From assembly GCA_013003115.1 (NCBI GenBank), contig JABDLF010000058.1:3716-67715 (forward strand): a DNA stretch of 64,000 nucleotides, written 5' to 3'. Both the position numbers and the translations under genes were made by a program. This document shows positions 9,950 to 20,145 of this stretch, one piece after another. Below the pieces are notes generated by a model, which was not told the DNA's origin, did not search any database, and was given only the letters and a program-made list of their open reading frames with translations. This DNA is from Gammaproteobacteria bacterium (GTDB taxonomy: Bacteria > Pseudomonadota > Gammaproteobacteria > Steroidobacterales > JABDLF01). Position 1 is the stretch's first letter. Each line of letters opens with the position of its first letter.

Positions 9950-12900
9950 ATGGCAGCCAAACAAGTAATGCGCGTCGACAAAAACAGGGCCTGGCGATTC
10001 TGGGTAGATCGCGGCGGGACCTTTACAGACGTGATTGGAATAGCGCCGGACGGCCATGTTGAAACGCGCAAGCTCCTGTCGGAGAGAGTCGGCACGGACA
10101 GCGAGGCAGCGCTGATTGGCATCGGCGACATCCTGGGCATCGACCCCTTTGATAAAAACGAAGAACGGCAGGTTTTCGAGCTGCGCCTCGGAACAACCGT
10201 GGCCACCAACGCACTGCTGCAGAGAAAGGGCGCAAAAACGGCCCTGCTGATCACCCGCGGTTTCGGCGACGCATTAAGAATTGGCTACCAGAACCGCCCG
10301 CAACTCTTTGCACGCGAGATTCGTTTGCCAGCCCCTCTGTACTCGATGGTAATCGAATGCAATGAGCGCACAGCAGCGGACGGTGGCCTGATCGAGGCCC
10401 TGGACGAGGATGAACTTGAACGAAAACTGATCGAGGCGAAGAACGCCGGCATCAACTCGCTCGCTGTCGTGTTCCTGCATGCGTACGCGCATTCTCACAA
10501 CGAGCGCCGGGCCGCAGACCTGTCCAGGCAAATTGGGTTCAGCAATGTGTCAGCCTCCCATGAGGTGAATCCTGTTATCAAACTGGTGGCGCGCGGCGAC
10601 ACCACTGTCGTCGACGCCTACCTCAATCCGGTGCTGCGCGCGTATACCGAATCCATGCGTGAACAGCTTGCCAACAGACTGACCGGGCCATCCCTTTTGT
10701 TTATGCAGAGCAACGGCGGATTGACGACCGCCGGGGCATTTCGCGGCAAGGACAGCGTACTTTCAGGCCCCGCCGGCGGCGTAGTCGGCATGGTTGAGAG
10801 CGCGGCCGCCGAGGGGTTTGGCAAGGCGATCGGGTTCGACATGGGCGGCACGTCCACAGACGTTTCCATTTATGACGGGCGCTTTGAGCGCAGCGAGGAA
10901 ATGGAGATCGCCGGAGCGCGCCTGCGATCGGCAATGCTCCGGATTCACACGGTCGCCGCAGGCGGGGGCTCGATACTGTCTTTCAAAGAAGGCCGGCTGC
11001 AGGTCGGCCCGCATTCCGCCGGTGCAAGGCCTGGCCCTGCAGCCTACGGAGCCGGCGGGCCGCTGACGGTTACAGATTGCAGCGTGCTGCTGGGGCGCCT
11101 GCAGCCCAATCTTTTCCCGCAAATTTTCGGCGACGACGGGCGTTCCCCACTGCAGCTTGCTGCTGTTAAACGAAAATTCGAGGCGCTCGTTGCGGAGCTG
11201 TCTGCAGCCGGCTTCAAGAGCGGTTCCCTTGAGCTGGCAGAGCTATTCCAGGATATTGCCGTGCAGCGTATGGCGCGCGCCATTAAAAAAGTTGCCCTGG
11301 ACGGCGGTCATGATCTGAGCGACTTTGTTCTGGTGGCCTTCGGGGGGGCCGGGCCGCAGCATGCATGCCAGGTTGCGGATGAACTGGGAATAAGCCGAAT
11401 CCTCGTGCATCCCCTGGCCGGACTGCTCTCGGCGCTTGGGATTGGCCTTGCGCCCGTCAGCTCAGTGCTTGAAAAAACGGTGCGACTGCCTCTGGACGAG
11501 AGCGGACTCGAGTCCCTCGCCAATGAGTCGCGTGCCCTTCGCCACGAGGCACGCCGCGAGATGCAGAATCGCCTTGCAGATGAGGACGCGACGGTGACCA
11601 CCGAAACCACCGTCAAGCTTCGCTACGCCGGAACTGACACCAGTCTGCCTGTCGCGGCCGGTGATGTGCAGGCTATGCGCCGTCAGTTTGAACAGGAGCA
11701 CCTCGCACGGTTTGGATTTGCATCGCCGGAGAAACCGCTGCTCGTCGAAAGCCTGATGGTGCTGGCGCAGTCCGGTTCCGGCATCGCCGCTCCGTCGCCA
11801 GCTTCAGCTGTCCCGGGCAAACCTGCAAAATGCCAGCCCGCAGCAACGCACTCGGTGCATTTCCAGGGACGCGATCTCGACACCGGGTTTTTTGTTCGCC
11901 AAAGCCTGGCGCCAAATGACAAAATCCCGGGTCCGGCGGTGATTATTGAAGACGGCGCCACTACGGTCATCGAGCCCGGCTGGATTGCGAACCTGACGCA
12001 GACGGGTCAGCTGCTCATGACCCGGCTTGCCGAAGATGCCGCTCCTGCTGCCTTACATTTGCACGACGGTGATACCAGGGCGGACCCGGCGCGGCTCGAA
12101 GTCTTTAACAATCTGTTTATGCATATCGCCGAGCAGATGGGCGCCGTGCTACGTAACACCGCGCGCTCGGTGAACATCAAGGAGCGACTGGATTTTTCGT
12201 GTGCCGTTTTTGACGCCGCCGGAGCGCTGGTCGCGAACGCGCCCCACATGCCCGTGCACCTGGGCTCGATGGGCGAAAGCGTGAAAGCCGTAATTCGTGA
12301 CAACCCGGCCATGAGGCCCGGGGACGTCTACATGCTCAACGACCCCTATCGCGGTGGTACTCATCTGCCCGATATCACCGTGGTCACACCGGTTTTCCTG
12401 GCCGGCGAGCGGGCACCCGATTTGTTCGTGGCGGCACGGGGTCACCATGCCGACGTTGGCGGTATCAGCCCGGGATCAATGCCGCCGCATAGTAAGCACA
12501 TAGAGCAGGAGGGCGTGCTTTTCAGTAACTTTCTGCTGGTGCGCGAAGGGCATTTCAGAGAGGCCGAGCTTGCGGCCGCCTTGTGCAATCCCCCGTACCC
12601 GGCCCGCAATCCCGAACAGAACATTGCTGATCTCAAGGCACAAGTTGCTGCCTGCCGCCAGGGAGAGCGCCTGCTGTATGAAAGCGCGGGCAGATTCGGA
12701 CTCGACGTCTTGCGCGCGTATCTGCAGCACATTCAGGACAACGCCGAGGAAGCAGTGCGTCACGTCTTGTCGCGTCTGGACGACGGCAACTTCGACTACC
12801 CTCTCGACAACGGCCTGCTGATTCGGGTTGCGGTGCGTGTCAATCGAAACGCGCGTGAAGCAACCGTGGACTTCAGCGGCAGTTCGCTTCAGCATGATGG

Positions 12901-13618
12901 CAACTTCAATGCGCCGTTTGCAGTGTGCCGCGCCGCGGTTCTGTACGTCTTCCGGTGTCTCGTTGACGCCCCCATTCCGTTGAATGCCGGATGTCTCAAA
13001 CCTATCAGGATTATTGCACCTGAAGGCAGCATCCTGAATCCGTATCCGCCCGCCGCCGTCGTAGCCGGCAACGTCGAAACCTCGCAGGCGATCACCAATG
13101 CCTTGTTCGGCGCGCTGGGAACCATGGCCGCCGCCCAGGGCACTATGAACAATTTTACGTTTGGCGATGAACACCGTCAGTACTACGAAACCATTGCCGG
13201 TGGCGCAGGCGCAGGGCCCGGATTCCGGGGTGCCGACGCTGTACAGACACACATGACCAACTCCCGACTCACCGACGCTGAAGTGCTTGAGTTACGCTTT
13301 CCTGTGCGGCTGCGTGAGTTCTCGATTCGCCAGGGATCCGGCGGTGCCGGCCAGCATGCCGGCGGCAACGGCGTGACGCGGGATATCGAGTTTCTGGCGC
13401 CCATGCAGGCCGCCATACTCTCAGGCCACCGTGACGTGCCTCCCTTTGGCCTGCATGGGGGCAAACCGGGCCGCTGCGGTCACAATGTCCTGCGCCGAAG
13501 CGACGGGCAGCTGATCAACCTTGGCGCCACGGCCAGCGTCAAAGCAGAGCCCGGCGACCGGATAATTATAGAGACACCCGGCGGGGGTGGATTCGGCAAG
13601 CCCGATTCAGGTGCCTGA
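9950..13618 (+). CDS. oplA: 5-oxoprolinase, ATP-hydrolysing (fused hydantoinase A/B type)
   Basis: [73 protein letters not shown]; start 9950 or 9968. Confidence 0.93.
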   Translation: MAAKQVMRVDKNRAWRFWVDRGGTFTDVIGIAPDGHVETRKLLSERVGTDSEAALIGIGDILGIDPFDKNEERQVFELRLGTTVATNALLQRKGAKTALLITRGFGDALRIGYQNRPQLFAREIRLPAPLYSMVIECNERTAADGGLIEALDEDELERKLIEAKNAGINSLAVVFLHAYAHSHNERRAADLSRQIGFSNVSASHEVNPVIKLVARGDTTVVDAYLNPVLRAYTESMREQLANRLTGPSLLFMQSNGGLTTAGAFRGKDSVLSGPAGGVVGMVESAAAEGFGKAIGFDMGGTSTDVSIYDGRFERSEEMEIAGARLRSAMLRIHTVAAGGGSILSFKEGRLQVGPHSAGARPGPAAYGAGGPLTVTDCSVLLGRLQPNLFPQIFGDDGRSPLQLAAVKRKFEALVAELSAAGFKSGSLELAELFQDIAVQRMARAIKKVALDGGHDLSDFVLVAFGGAGPQHACQVADELGISRILVHPLAGLLSALGIGLAPVSSVLEKTVRLPLDESGLESLANESRALRHEARREMQNRLADEDATVTTETTVKLRYAGTDTSLPVAAGDVQAMRRQFEQEHLARFGFASPEKPLLVESLMVLAQSGSGIAAPSPASAVPGKPAKCQPAATHSVHFQGRDLDTGFFVRQSLAPNDKIPGPAVIIEDGATTVIEPGWIANLTQTGQLLMTRLAEDAAPAALHLHDGDTRADPARLEVFNNLFMHIAEQMGAVLRNTARSVNIKERLDFSCAVFDAAGALVANAPHMPVHLGSMGESVKAVIRDNPAMRPGDVYMLNDPYRGGTHLPDITVVTPVFLAGERAPDLFVAARGHHADVGGISPGSMPPHSKHIEQEGVLFSNFLLVREGHFREAELAAALCNPPYPARNPEQNIADLKAQVAACRQGERLLYESAGRFGLDVLRAYLQHIQDNAEEAVRHVLSRLDDGNFDYPLDNGLLIRVAVRVNRNAREATVDFSGSSLQHDGNFNAPFAVCRAAVLYVFRCLVDAPIPLNAGCLKPIRIIAPEGSILNPYPPAAVVAGNVETSQAITNALFGALGTMAAAQGTMNNFTFGDEHRQYYETIAGGAGAGPGFRGADAVQTHMTNSRLTDAEVLELRFPVRLREFSIRQGSGGAGQHAGGNGVTRDIEFLAPMQAAILSGHRDVPPFGLHGGKPGRCGHNVLRRSDGQLINLGATASVKAEPGDRIIIETPGGGGFGKPDSGA

Positions 13619-14125
13619 AATTCGCGCCAACAGGGACATGATTCGCGCGACCCGCTCTTCGTTCTCGTCCTGCTGCGTCGCTACACTGGCAAGCGCGAGC
13701 ACGTAGTGCTCTGGTAAAGAATGGAAGCGCGCGCCCGCGACTACAAGATCGCGATACCAGTCAAAGGGTCGCAAGCCCTGGTCGAGGGCAAATTCGCGCG
13801 CCTCGTAGTAAAAGCCGTTGAGGACGCTGCCGTTCAGCGCAAAAGCCGCTGACTTGCGTGCGTACGCCGGACCCTCTGCCGCGTCAAGAAAGTTTATCTC
13901 GTCCCGACGCAGCGCAAACAACGCGCCCGGCACGCTGTCTTTTGCTTTTACGCCCGGCAGGATCGTGCATTTCCCGGATCCGTCCATACCCCGTTTGCCA
14001 AAAACCATCCGGTGGCCTGGCAAAACGGATACGCCCAGCAGGCGCGCGGACGGCACTCTCACCTGCAGTCGCAGCGGGTGGAGATTCGACCCGTAGGCGA
14101 AATAAATGCTTTCTTCTGAGGCCAT
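13607..14125 (-). CDS. Gamma-glutamylcyclotransferase family protein
   Basis: YFAYGSNL at the N-terminus and LDAAEG carrying the catalytic Glu. Confidence 0.85.
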   Translation of the reverse strand: MASEESIYFAYGSNLHPLRLQVRVPSARLLGVSVLPGHRMVFGKRGMDGSGKCTILPGVKAKDSVPGALFALRRDEINFLDAAEGPAYARKSAAFALNGSVLNGFYYEAREFALDQGLRPFDWYRDLVVAGARFHSLPEHYVLALASVATQQDENEERVARIMSLLARISGT

Positions 14126-14223
14126 CCTCCGATACTAAACCCGATTGTTGCAAACCAGAACCCGCACAGCTTCGGCGGGCATTGCTTGACCACGGCTACC
14201 GGAGCCGGTTACAAGAACTCGCG

Positions 14224-15315
14224 ATGAATCACCTCGAACAAGCATTCCCTGCTACCGCAGAAGCGTTGCCACGCAGGTCGTTCGCCTTGCTGCCGACACC
14301 CGTAGAAACACTTCCCGTGCACAGGCCGAACACGCAGGTCTGGATCAAGCGCGATGACCTGAGTGGCCTCGAGTATGGTGGCAACAAGGTGCGCAAGCTC
14401 GAATACCTGCTCGGTCATGCGGTCGAGAACGGCTTGAGAAAGGTAGTGACGTTCGGCACCGCCGGGTCCAACCATGCCCTGGCAACCGGCATCTATGCCG
14501 GCCAGGAAGGGCTGCGCAGCATCTCCATGCTTACGCCGCAAACAAATGCCGCTTACGTCGCGCGCAACCTCCTGCGCGGCCTGCGCGCCGGCATTGAATT
14601 TCACGCCTGCCGCGACGACAGCGCCGTGAAGCGGGCCCTGCCCTGGGTTCGGCTGCGCCACAGGATCAGCGATGGCAAGGCACCGATGGTGATCGCGGGG
14701 GGCGGCTCATCGGTCGCTGGCACCATTGGCTTCGTGAACGCGGGGTTCGAACTGCGCGCCCAGATCGACGCCGGCCAGCTGCCTGAGCCCGACTTCATTT
14801 ATGTCGCGCTGGGCACCATGGGCACTGCGGCCGGCCTGCTGCTCGGCATCCGGGCCGCCGGACTCACCAGCAAACTGGTCTGTGTCCGGGTCGTGCAGTC
14901 ACGCTACGCAAACCCGGAGAAATTTGCGGCGCTGTTGTCAGCGTCAGCTGCAAAACTCAGATATATTGCACCTGCATTTCCAGTACTCAACGAGGCCGAC
15001 CTTATTGCCGAGTTTCGCGACGAGTTTTTTGGCGGCGGTTACGCGCGCTTCACCAATGAAGGGATGCAGGCAATCAGGATTGCCAGCGAAGCAGGTTCGC
15101 CAGAGCTGGAGGGTACCTACACGGGGAAGGCCTTTGCGGCGCTGGTGCATGACCTTTCGGTGGGCCGCCTTGACGGGAAGCGAGTCCTTTTCTGGAACAC
15201 CTACAACTCGAGGCCGTTCCCATCCGATCTCGGTGACGAAGATCCCGGCGAGCTGCCACCCGAACTCCAGACCTACTTCACGCTCCCGGTTCAGGCACTC
15301 GATGCCGCAGGCTGA
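14224..15315 (+). CDS. PLP enzyme, D-cysteine desulfhydrase / ACC deaminase family
   Basis: PTPV, WIKRDDL, YGGNKVRKLEYL, SNHALAT, LEGTYTGKA; start moved to ATG 14224. Confidence 0.85.
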   Translation: MNHLEQAFPATAEALPRRSFALLPTPVETLPVHRPNTQVWIKRDDLSGLEYGGNKVRKLEYLLGHAVENGLRKVVTFGTAGSNHALATGIYAGQEGLRSISMLTPQTNAAYVARNLLRGLRAGIEFHACRDDSAVKRALPWVRLRHRISDGKAPMVIAGGGSSVAGTIGFVNAGFELRAQIDAGQLPEPDFIYVALGTMGTAAGLLLGIRAAGLTSKLVCVRVVQSRYANPEKFAALLSASAAKLRYIAPAFPVLNEADLIAEFRDEFFGGGYARFTNEGMQAIRIASEAGSPELEGTYTGKAFAALVHDLSVGRLDGKRVLFWNTYNSRPFPSDLGDEDPGELPPELQTYFTLPVQALDAAG

Positions 15316-16724
15316 CGCAAATCGTCAAGCCGGATGATCTCGCAGCGATCGGCGTTGCGCCTGAGCCAGGACTTCAGGATCCTGTAGACATCAAGATCAA
15401 ATTTCGGCTTAGCGCCGTCTTCAAGCATCGGCCGGAGGTCTTCAGTGCGCTCCGCGCTTCCCAGCCAGCACCAGTTGTCAAAAACGTGAATCGCCTGGCG
15501 ACCTCGTATCGGGTCGGACTCCCGCAGGCCTATCGTTCCGCTGAAAGGCCACGCTGACAACCGCAGTCCCGCGAGTGCGGCGGCAAGCCGGATGTTATGC
15601 ATTAGCGCGCTTTCGCGGCCTGCGCATGCGCCGCGGCAGCGCCCCAGCTGATACGCGAAACACGGACCACTGCCCTTTTCAATTCCCGAGCGGCGCAGAC
15701 ACAGGCCATCCCGAGTGCAAATCCTCTTAAGCGCGTTGTTCGCAGCCCGTTTGCTGCGAAACAAACCAAAATTTGCCCCTGGCTCCGAAGTATCGAGATC
15801 GGACTCTCCGAGCAGCACAGCGCGATGAAATTCCCCGTCGGTGTCCAGACTGAAGGTGAACATGCCACTCTGTCTGCGCAGGCGCCGGTTGTGAACCGGC
15901 GACGCTTCCTTGACCAGGCGCGCCTCGGTCAACAAGGCCCCCAACTCACCGGCTGTCTGGATGCAGCGAACGTCGGCGAGCTGCGCAGAAATACGCATGT
16001 CTTTGTGTACGGCGTGATCGGCACTGAAGTGTGACAAGACCCGCGCGCGCAGGTTGACGCTCTTGCCCACGTACAGCAAGCGCCCGGCGGCATCGTAAAA
16101 AAGGTAAACGCCCGGGCCGCCCGGCAGCTTGCTCACAATTTCGGGGTCAAGCGCCGGCGGCAGGGTCGGGCGTCTGAGCTGGGGAACCGCCGCAGCTTCA
16201 AGCGCCTTGTCGCCGTGTTCGTGCCGCGCAATTTCAAAAAAATCAAGCATAGCCCGGGCGTCGCCAAGGGCTCTGTGACGACCGGCACAGTCGATATCGT
16301 GCCTCTCGATGAGGGCATCGAGGCTGTAGCTTTTGTGACCCGGATACATCGCGCGCGCCAGCTTGACCGTGCACAGCGTCGGCATTGACAGCCTCAGGTC
16401 CGCGCGGCGAAATTCGTTGCGCAAAAACCCGTAGTCAAAGCGTGCATTGTGCGCAACCAGCACCCCGCCATCCAGAATATCGAGCAAGGATGGCGCGAGC
16501 TGTTCGAATGCCGGCGCATCAGCGAGCATAGTCTCATCTATACCGGTGTAATTCTGGATAAAAGGCGGCACAGCGCAATCGGGGTTTACAAAGCTCGACC
16601 ATTCACGAACCTTCTGACCGGCGACAAATTCAATCAGTCCGATTTCGATGATGCGGTGACGTGAAGCGTTGCCGCCCGTGGTTTCCAGGTCCAGGAATAC
16701 GAGCTTGTCTTCCCTGATGCGCAT
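15291..16724 (-). CDS. DEDDh exonuclease fused to a GIY-YIG (UvrC/Cho-like) endonuclease
   Basis: DLETTG, AHNARFD, HRALGDA followed by GVYLFY...LYVGKSVNLRARV and C-terminal Cys motifs. Confidence 0.88.
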   Translation of the reverse strand: MRIREDKLVFLDLETTGGNASRHRIIEIGLIEFVAGQKVREWSSFVNPDCAVPPFIQNYTGIDETMLADAPAFEQLAPSLLDILDGGVLVAHNARFDYGFLRNEFRRADLRLSMPTLCTVKLARAMYPGHKSYSLDALIERHDIDCAGRHRALGDARAMLDFFEIARHEHGDKALEAAAVPQLRRPTLPPALDPEIVSKLPGGPGVYLFYDAAGRLLYVGKSVNLRARVLSHFSADHAVHKDMRISAQLADVRCIQTAGELGALLTEARLVKEASPVHNRRLRRQSGMFTFSLDTDGEFHRAVLLGESDLDTSEPGANFGLFRSKRAANNALKRICTRDGLCLRRSGIEKGSGPCFAYQLGRCRGACAGRESALMHNIRLAAALAGLRLSAWPFSGTIGLRESDPIRGRQAIHVFDNWCWLGSAERTEDLRPMLEDGAKPKFDLDVYRILKSWLRRNADRCEIIRLDDLRQPAASSA

Positions 16725-16732
16725 GGGGGCAG

Positions 16733-17410
16733 TCAGGCAGACTCTTCTATCCTTTCGTCTTCCACCGGCGGATCAGCCCGACGCAGAACGACAAGTACGC
16801 GGCCCTGGTCTTCAATGAGATTCTGGTCAACGAGAATCTTGAGTACTCGTCCCACCATCTCGCGGGTGCAACCAACGACTCTCGCCAACTGGCTGCGCGT
16901 GACCGACACGGCCATGCCGCCGGGCACCGAGACGGCATCCGGCTCCTCAGCCAGCCCCATCAGCGCGTGGGCAACCCGGCCCGTGACATCGAGAAAAGCG
17001 AGATCCCCGATTTTTCGGTTGGTGCGGCTCAGACGCGTGGCCAGCTGAATAGCAAGCTCCATAACGAGCTCGGGATTTTCATCGGCAAACTGACGAAAAC
17101 GTACGTAGGTCATTTCCGCGACCCGGCAGTCCGTGCGCGCTCTGACCCAGGCCGTCCGCTCTGCCTGACCGGCGAAAAAACCCATCTCGCCAAAAAAATG
17201 CCCCGGATTGAGATAGGCGAGCACGATTTCCTTGCCGTCCTCGTCCTCGATCATGACCTCCACCGAGCCCTCGACCACGTAGAACAGGCTGTCCGACGCG
17301 TCTCCGGCGTTGATAATCATGCTGCGTGCCGGCGCATGCCTTAAGCGGCAATACTCCACGAAACTCTTGAGTGCCGGTATGTCCGTGCGTTCAGCGGGCG
17401 GACTGCGCAT
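16733..17410 (-). CDS. crp: cAMP receptor protein (CRP/Vfr/Clp family)
   Basis: FFGEMG...RTAWVRA cNMP cassette, LAFLDVTGR hinge, GCTREMVGRVLK recognition helix; ATG 17410 after AGGAGG. Confidence 0.9.
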   Translation of the reverse strand: MRSPPAERTDIPALKSFVEYCRLRHAPARSMIINAGDASDSLFYVVEGSVEVMIEDEDGKEIVLAYLNPGHFFGEMGFFAGQAERTAWVRARTDCRVAEMTYVRFRQFADENPELVMELAIQLATRLSRTNRKIGDLAFLDVTGRVAHALMGLAEEPDAVSVPGGMAVSVTRSQLARVVGCTREMVGRVLKILVDQNLIEDQGRVLVVLRRADPPVEDERIEESA

Positions 17411-17653
17411 CGCAACCTCCTGAGAAAACAGTGGCCGGATTATAGCCGCAGGCAGAATGAGCTTCAGTGACGCAGGTCGTGTATTGCTCATATTCCGTTG
17501 GGCCACCGCAACGGTAGCAGCATTGGCAATTTGTCTCAAAGGCCACCAGCGCGTCACCGTCGCGGAGCATATGGCCCTGCAACAGGACCCGCTAACAGAG
17601 CAAGCGCCGTATACGGCTATAATGCCCGGTCGAACAGCCTGAACGGGGAACCC

Positions 17654-18196
17654 ATGCCGCCCAAATGCAGTTATCTTCTTGGCGCCTTTGCGACGATCTA
17701 TTTAAGCCTGGCCAGTATTGCGGCAATTGCCGACGAGCCGGCTGCCGAAGCCCTGCCCGGCGCCGCTTCATGGCTGCGATACGAGCCGCGCATGCCGCTC
17801 TGGGTGGTCTCGCGGACGGCCAGGTGCTGGCCTTTCAATATATGGGTCGCGCGCACCCCGGAGCAATTTACACGTGGGCTGATGTTCGTAAGACAACTGC
17901 ATGATGACGGCGGCATGTTGTTCGCCATGCAGGCCGAGCGGGAAATATCCATGTGGATGCGCAACACTTTTATTGCACTTGATATTCTCTTTGCCGACGC
18001 AAGTGGCAAGATCATCAAGATCCACGAGAACGCAACACCGCTTTCGCTTGAACACATATCATCCGACGGCCTGGCATACGCAGTTTTGGAACTGCCTGCT
18101 GGTGCAGTGGCGAAGCGCAACATCTCGGCGGGAGACCAGCTGCGCCATGCGCACTTCGGCAACAGCGGCTGCCAGACCCAGGTAAAGGAAAAATAA
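17654..18196 (+). CDS. DUF192 family exported protein
   Basis: RGLMF, GMLF, MWMRNTFIALDILF, VLELPAG; signal-peptide-like N-terminus. Confidence 0.88.
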   Translation: MPPKCSYLLGAFATIYLSLASIAAIADEPAAEALPGAASWLRYEPRMPLWVVSRTARCWPFNIWVARTPEQFTRGLMFVRQLHDDGGMLFAMQAEREISMWMRNTFIALDILFADASGKIIKIHENATPLSLEHISSDGLAYAVLELPAGAVAKRNISAGDQLRHAHFGNSGCQTQVKEK

Positions 18197-18209
18197 GGAC
18201 AACCATTCG

Positions 18210-19580
18210 ATGACCAGCAAGAGCAAAGAGATTCGCGTCACACCAGAAGGCAGCCTCGAGGTGCTTTCGCAACTGGAGGTTCTCGCGCTGCGCGACAGCA
18301 GCACCTCGGGACTGCAGGAGCTATTTCGCAGCTGTGCACTTGCCGTGCTCAACAGCGGCAGCCTGACCGATGATGCGGTACAGGTTTTCGAGCAATACAA
18401 AGACTTCGCCATTGAGCTCGTGCAGCAGGATCGGGGAATCAAGCTCGAAGTTCGCAATGCCCCGGCAACTGCCTTTGTCGACGGCCGCATGATTCGCGGC
18501 ATCCAGGAGCACCTGTTCGCCGTTCTGCGCGACATCATTTATACACGCAACGAAATATACGACAGTGGAACGTTCAATTTAGAAGAGCCTGAGCACATCA
18601 CTTCGGCAGTTTTTCATATCTTGCGAAATGCCCGCATGCTTATCCCGAACCGGGAGCCTCGAATGGTGGTTTGCTGGGGCGGCCACGCCATAGGTCGGGA
18701 GGAGTACGACTACACGAAGAAGGTCGGCTACGAGCTTGGCCTGCGTGGCCTTGACGTTTGCACAGGGTGCGGCCCGGGCGCGATGAAGGGACCGATGAAG
18801 GGAGCGACCATTGGCCACTCAAAGCAGCGCATAAAAGACGGCCGCTATCTCGGCATTTCGGAACCGGGCATTATCGCCGCTGAGTCGCCCAACCCCATAG
18901 TCAACGGCCTGGTTATCATGCCCGACATCGAGAAGCGACTGGAGGCATTTGTGCGCGTGGCCCATGGCATTATCGTGTTCCCGGGCGGCGCCGGCACGGC
19001 AGAGGAAATTCTCTACTTACTGGGAATTTTGCTCAACCCGGCGAATCGGGAAATGCCATTTCCCGTTGTGCTGACGGGTCCTGAAAAATCCGCTGACTAC
19101 TTTCGCCAGATCGATGGCTTTATCAAAGCTACCCTCGGCGAAGAAGCAGGCGATCTGTACCAAATCATTGTTGGCGATCCACCGGCAGTCGCCAAGCGCA
19201 TGCGCCGCGGGATGCAGAAAGTACGCAAATACCGGATAGCCGGCAAAGACGCTTTCTATTTCAACTGGCTGTTGCGAATCGAAAAAGAATTTCAGATGCC
19301 CTTCGAACCCACGCATGAAAACATGCGCTCACTGGCCCTCAATCGCGACCAGCCGCCACACATACTTGCTGCGAATCTCCGCCGCGCCTTCTCGGGAATC
19401 GTCGCTGGCAACGTCAAAGAGCCGGGCATACGGAGCATTGAGAAACATGGACCATTCGAAATTAATGGTGATGCCGAGATCATGTCCCGGCTTGACGATC
19501 TGCTCGGCGCTTTTGTCGCGGACAACCGCATGAAGTTGCATGGACAGGACTACACGCCCTGCTATCGCCTGGTTCTGTGA
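18210..19580 (+). CDS. ppnN: Nucleotide 5'-monophosphate nucleosidase PpnN (YgdH, LOG family)
   Basis: VVCWGGH, TGCGPGAMKGPMKGA, PDIEKRLEAF, PGGAGTAEE, LRRAFSGIVAGNVK. Confidence 0.95.
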   Translation: MTSKSKEIRVTPEGSLEVLSQLEVLALRDSSTSGLQELFRSCALAVLNSGSLTDDAVQVFEQYKDFAIELVQQDRGIKLEVRNAPATAFVDGRMIRGIQEHLFAVLRDIIYTRNEIYDSGTFNLEEPEHITSAVFHILRNARMLIPNREPRMVVCWGGHAIGREEYDYTKKVGYELGLRGLDVCTGCGPGAMKGPMKGATIGHSKQRIKDGRYLGISEPGIIAAESPNPIVNGLVIMPDIEKRLEAFVRVAHGIIVFPGGAGTAEEILYLLGILLNPANREMPFPVVLTGPEKSADYFRQIDGFIKATLGEEAGDLYQIIVGDPPAVAKRMRRGMQKVRKYRIAGKDAFYFNWLLRIEKEFQMPFEPTHENMRSLALNRDQPPHILAANLRRAFSGIVAGNVKEPGIRSIEKHGPFEINGDAEIMSRLDDLLGAFVADNRMKLHGQDYTPCYRLVL

Positions 19581-19652
19581 AGGGATTTGTCCGGATAATT
19601 CAGCTCGGGCGGCCGCTCTCAGACCCGCCGACGCCCGCAAGGGCAAGCGTCA

Positions 19653-19850
19653 TCAGTGCAGGCGCGACCAGTGAATCAGGCGCAGATCGGCAGCTTCGAT
19701 TTCCAGGCTGTCGGTGAGAATCTGCTCTATGTCTTCCTGATCGAGCATCGCGCCCGGCAGTCGACTGACTTCAACGACCGCGTTGACCTCCCGGCAAAGA
19801 CTTGTGCCCGTGTCCTGGACAAGAAAGCTCGTGTGAAATTTTGCGCCCAT
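19653..19850 (-). CDS. Small hypothetical protein (65 aa)
   Basis: Fills the gap after ppnN, protein-like composition, CRP-like box 35 bp upstream; no Shine-Dalgarno. Confidence 0.55.
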   Translation of the reverse strand: MGAKFHTSFLVQDTGTSLCREVNAVVEVSRLPGAMLDQEDIEQILTDSLEIEAADLRLIHWSRLH

Positions 19851-19884
19851 GTGTCACGAGGCTACGCACATACCTGTCATTTGC

Positions 19885-19900
19885 CGTGACTGCGGTCACA
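19885..19900. promoter_or_regulatory. CRP-type box (9/10)
   Basis: CGTGA-ctgcgg-TCACA in the divergent region between the small ORF and the EAL gene. Confidence 0.65.
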
Positions 19901-20145
19901 AACATGTGCCTGCTTTGCCACCCCGAGCGGACTTTTTTCGCGAATACCGACTTGCATCACAATTCCTGATGCAAATATGTGATCTGGTACCAATTACGCT
20001 CCGGCCTGTACTTTTTCAGGGTTATCCCTATATGTAAGAGTTTCAGATTCCGTCATGATGTGCCCCTTTTTACAAACCAAACCTGGGGCTGGTGCGCTGT
20101 TTAAGCCAAGCCACTTAACTGCAGCGGATCGGTGGTCCGGAAATT

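Noticed and set aside
13858-14223. N-terminal extensions in the ORF track (also crp, lipA, UvrD, SDR, VPS10, AlaX)
   Set aside because: They overlap neighbouring genes or promoters; family homology and RBS positions point to downstream starts
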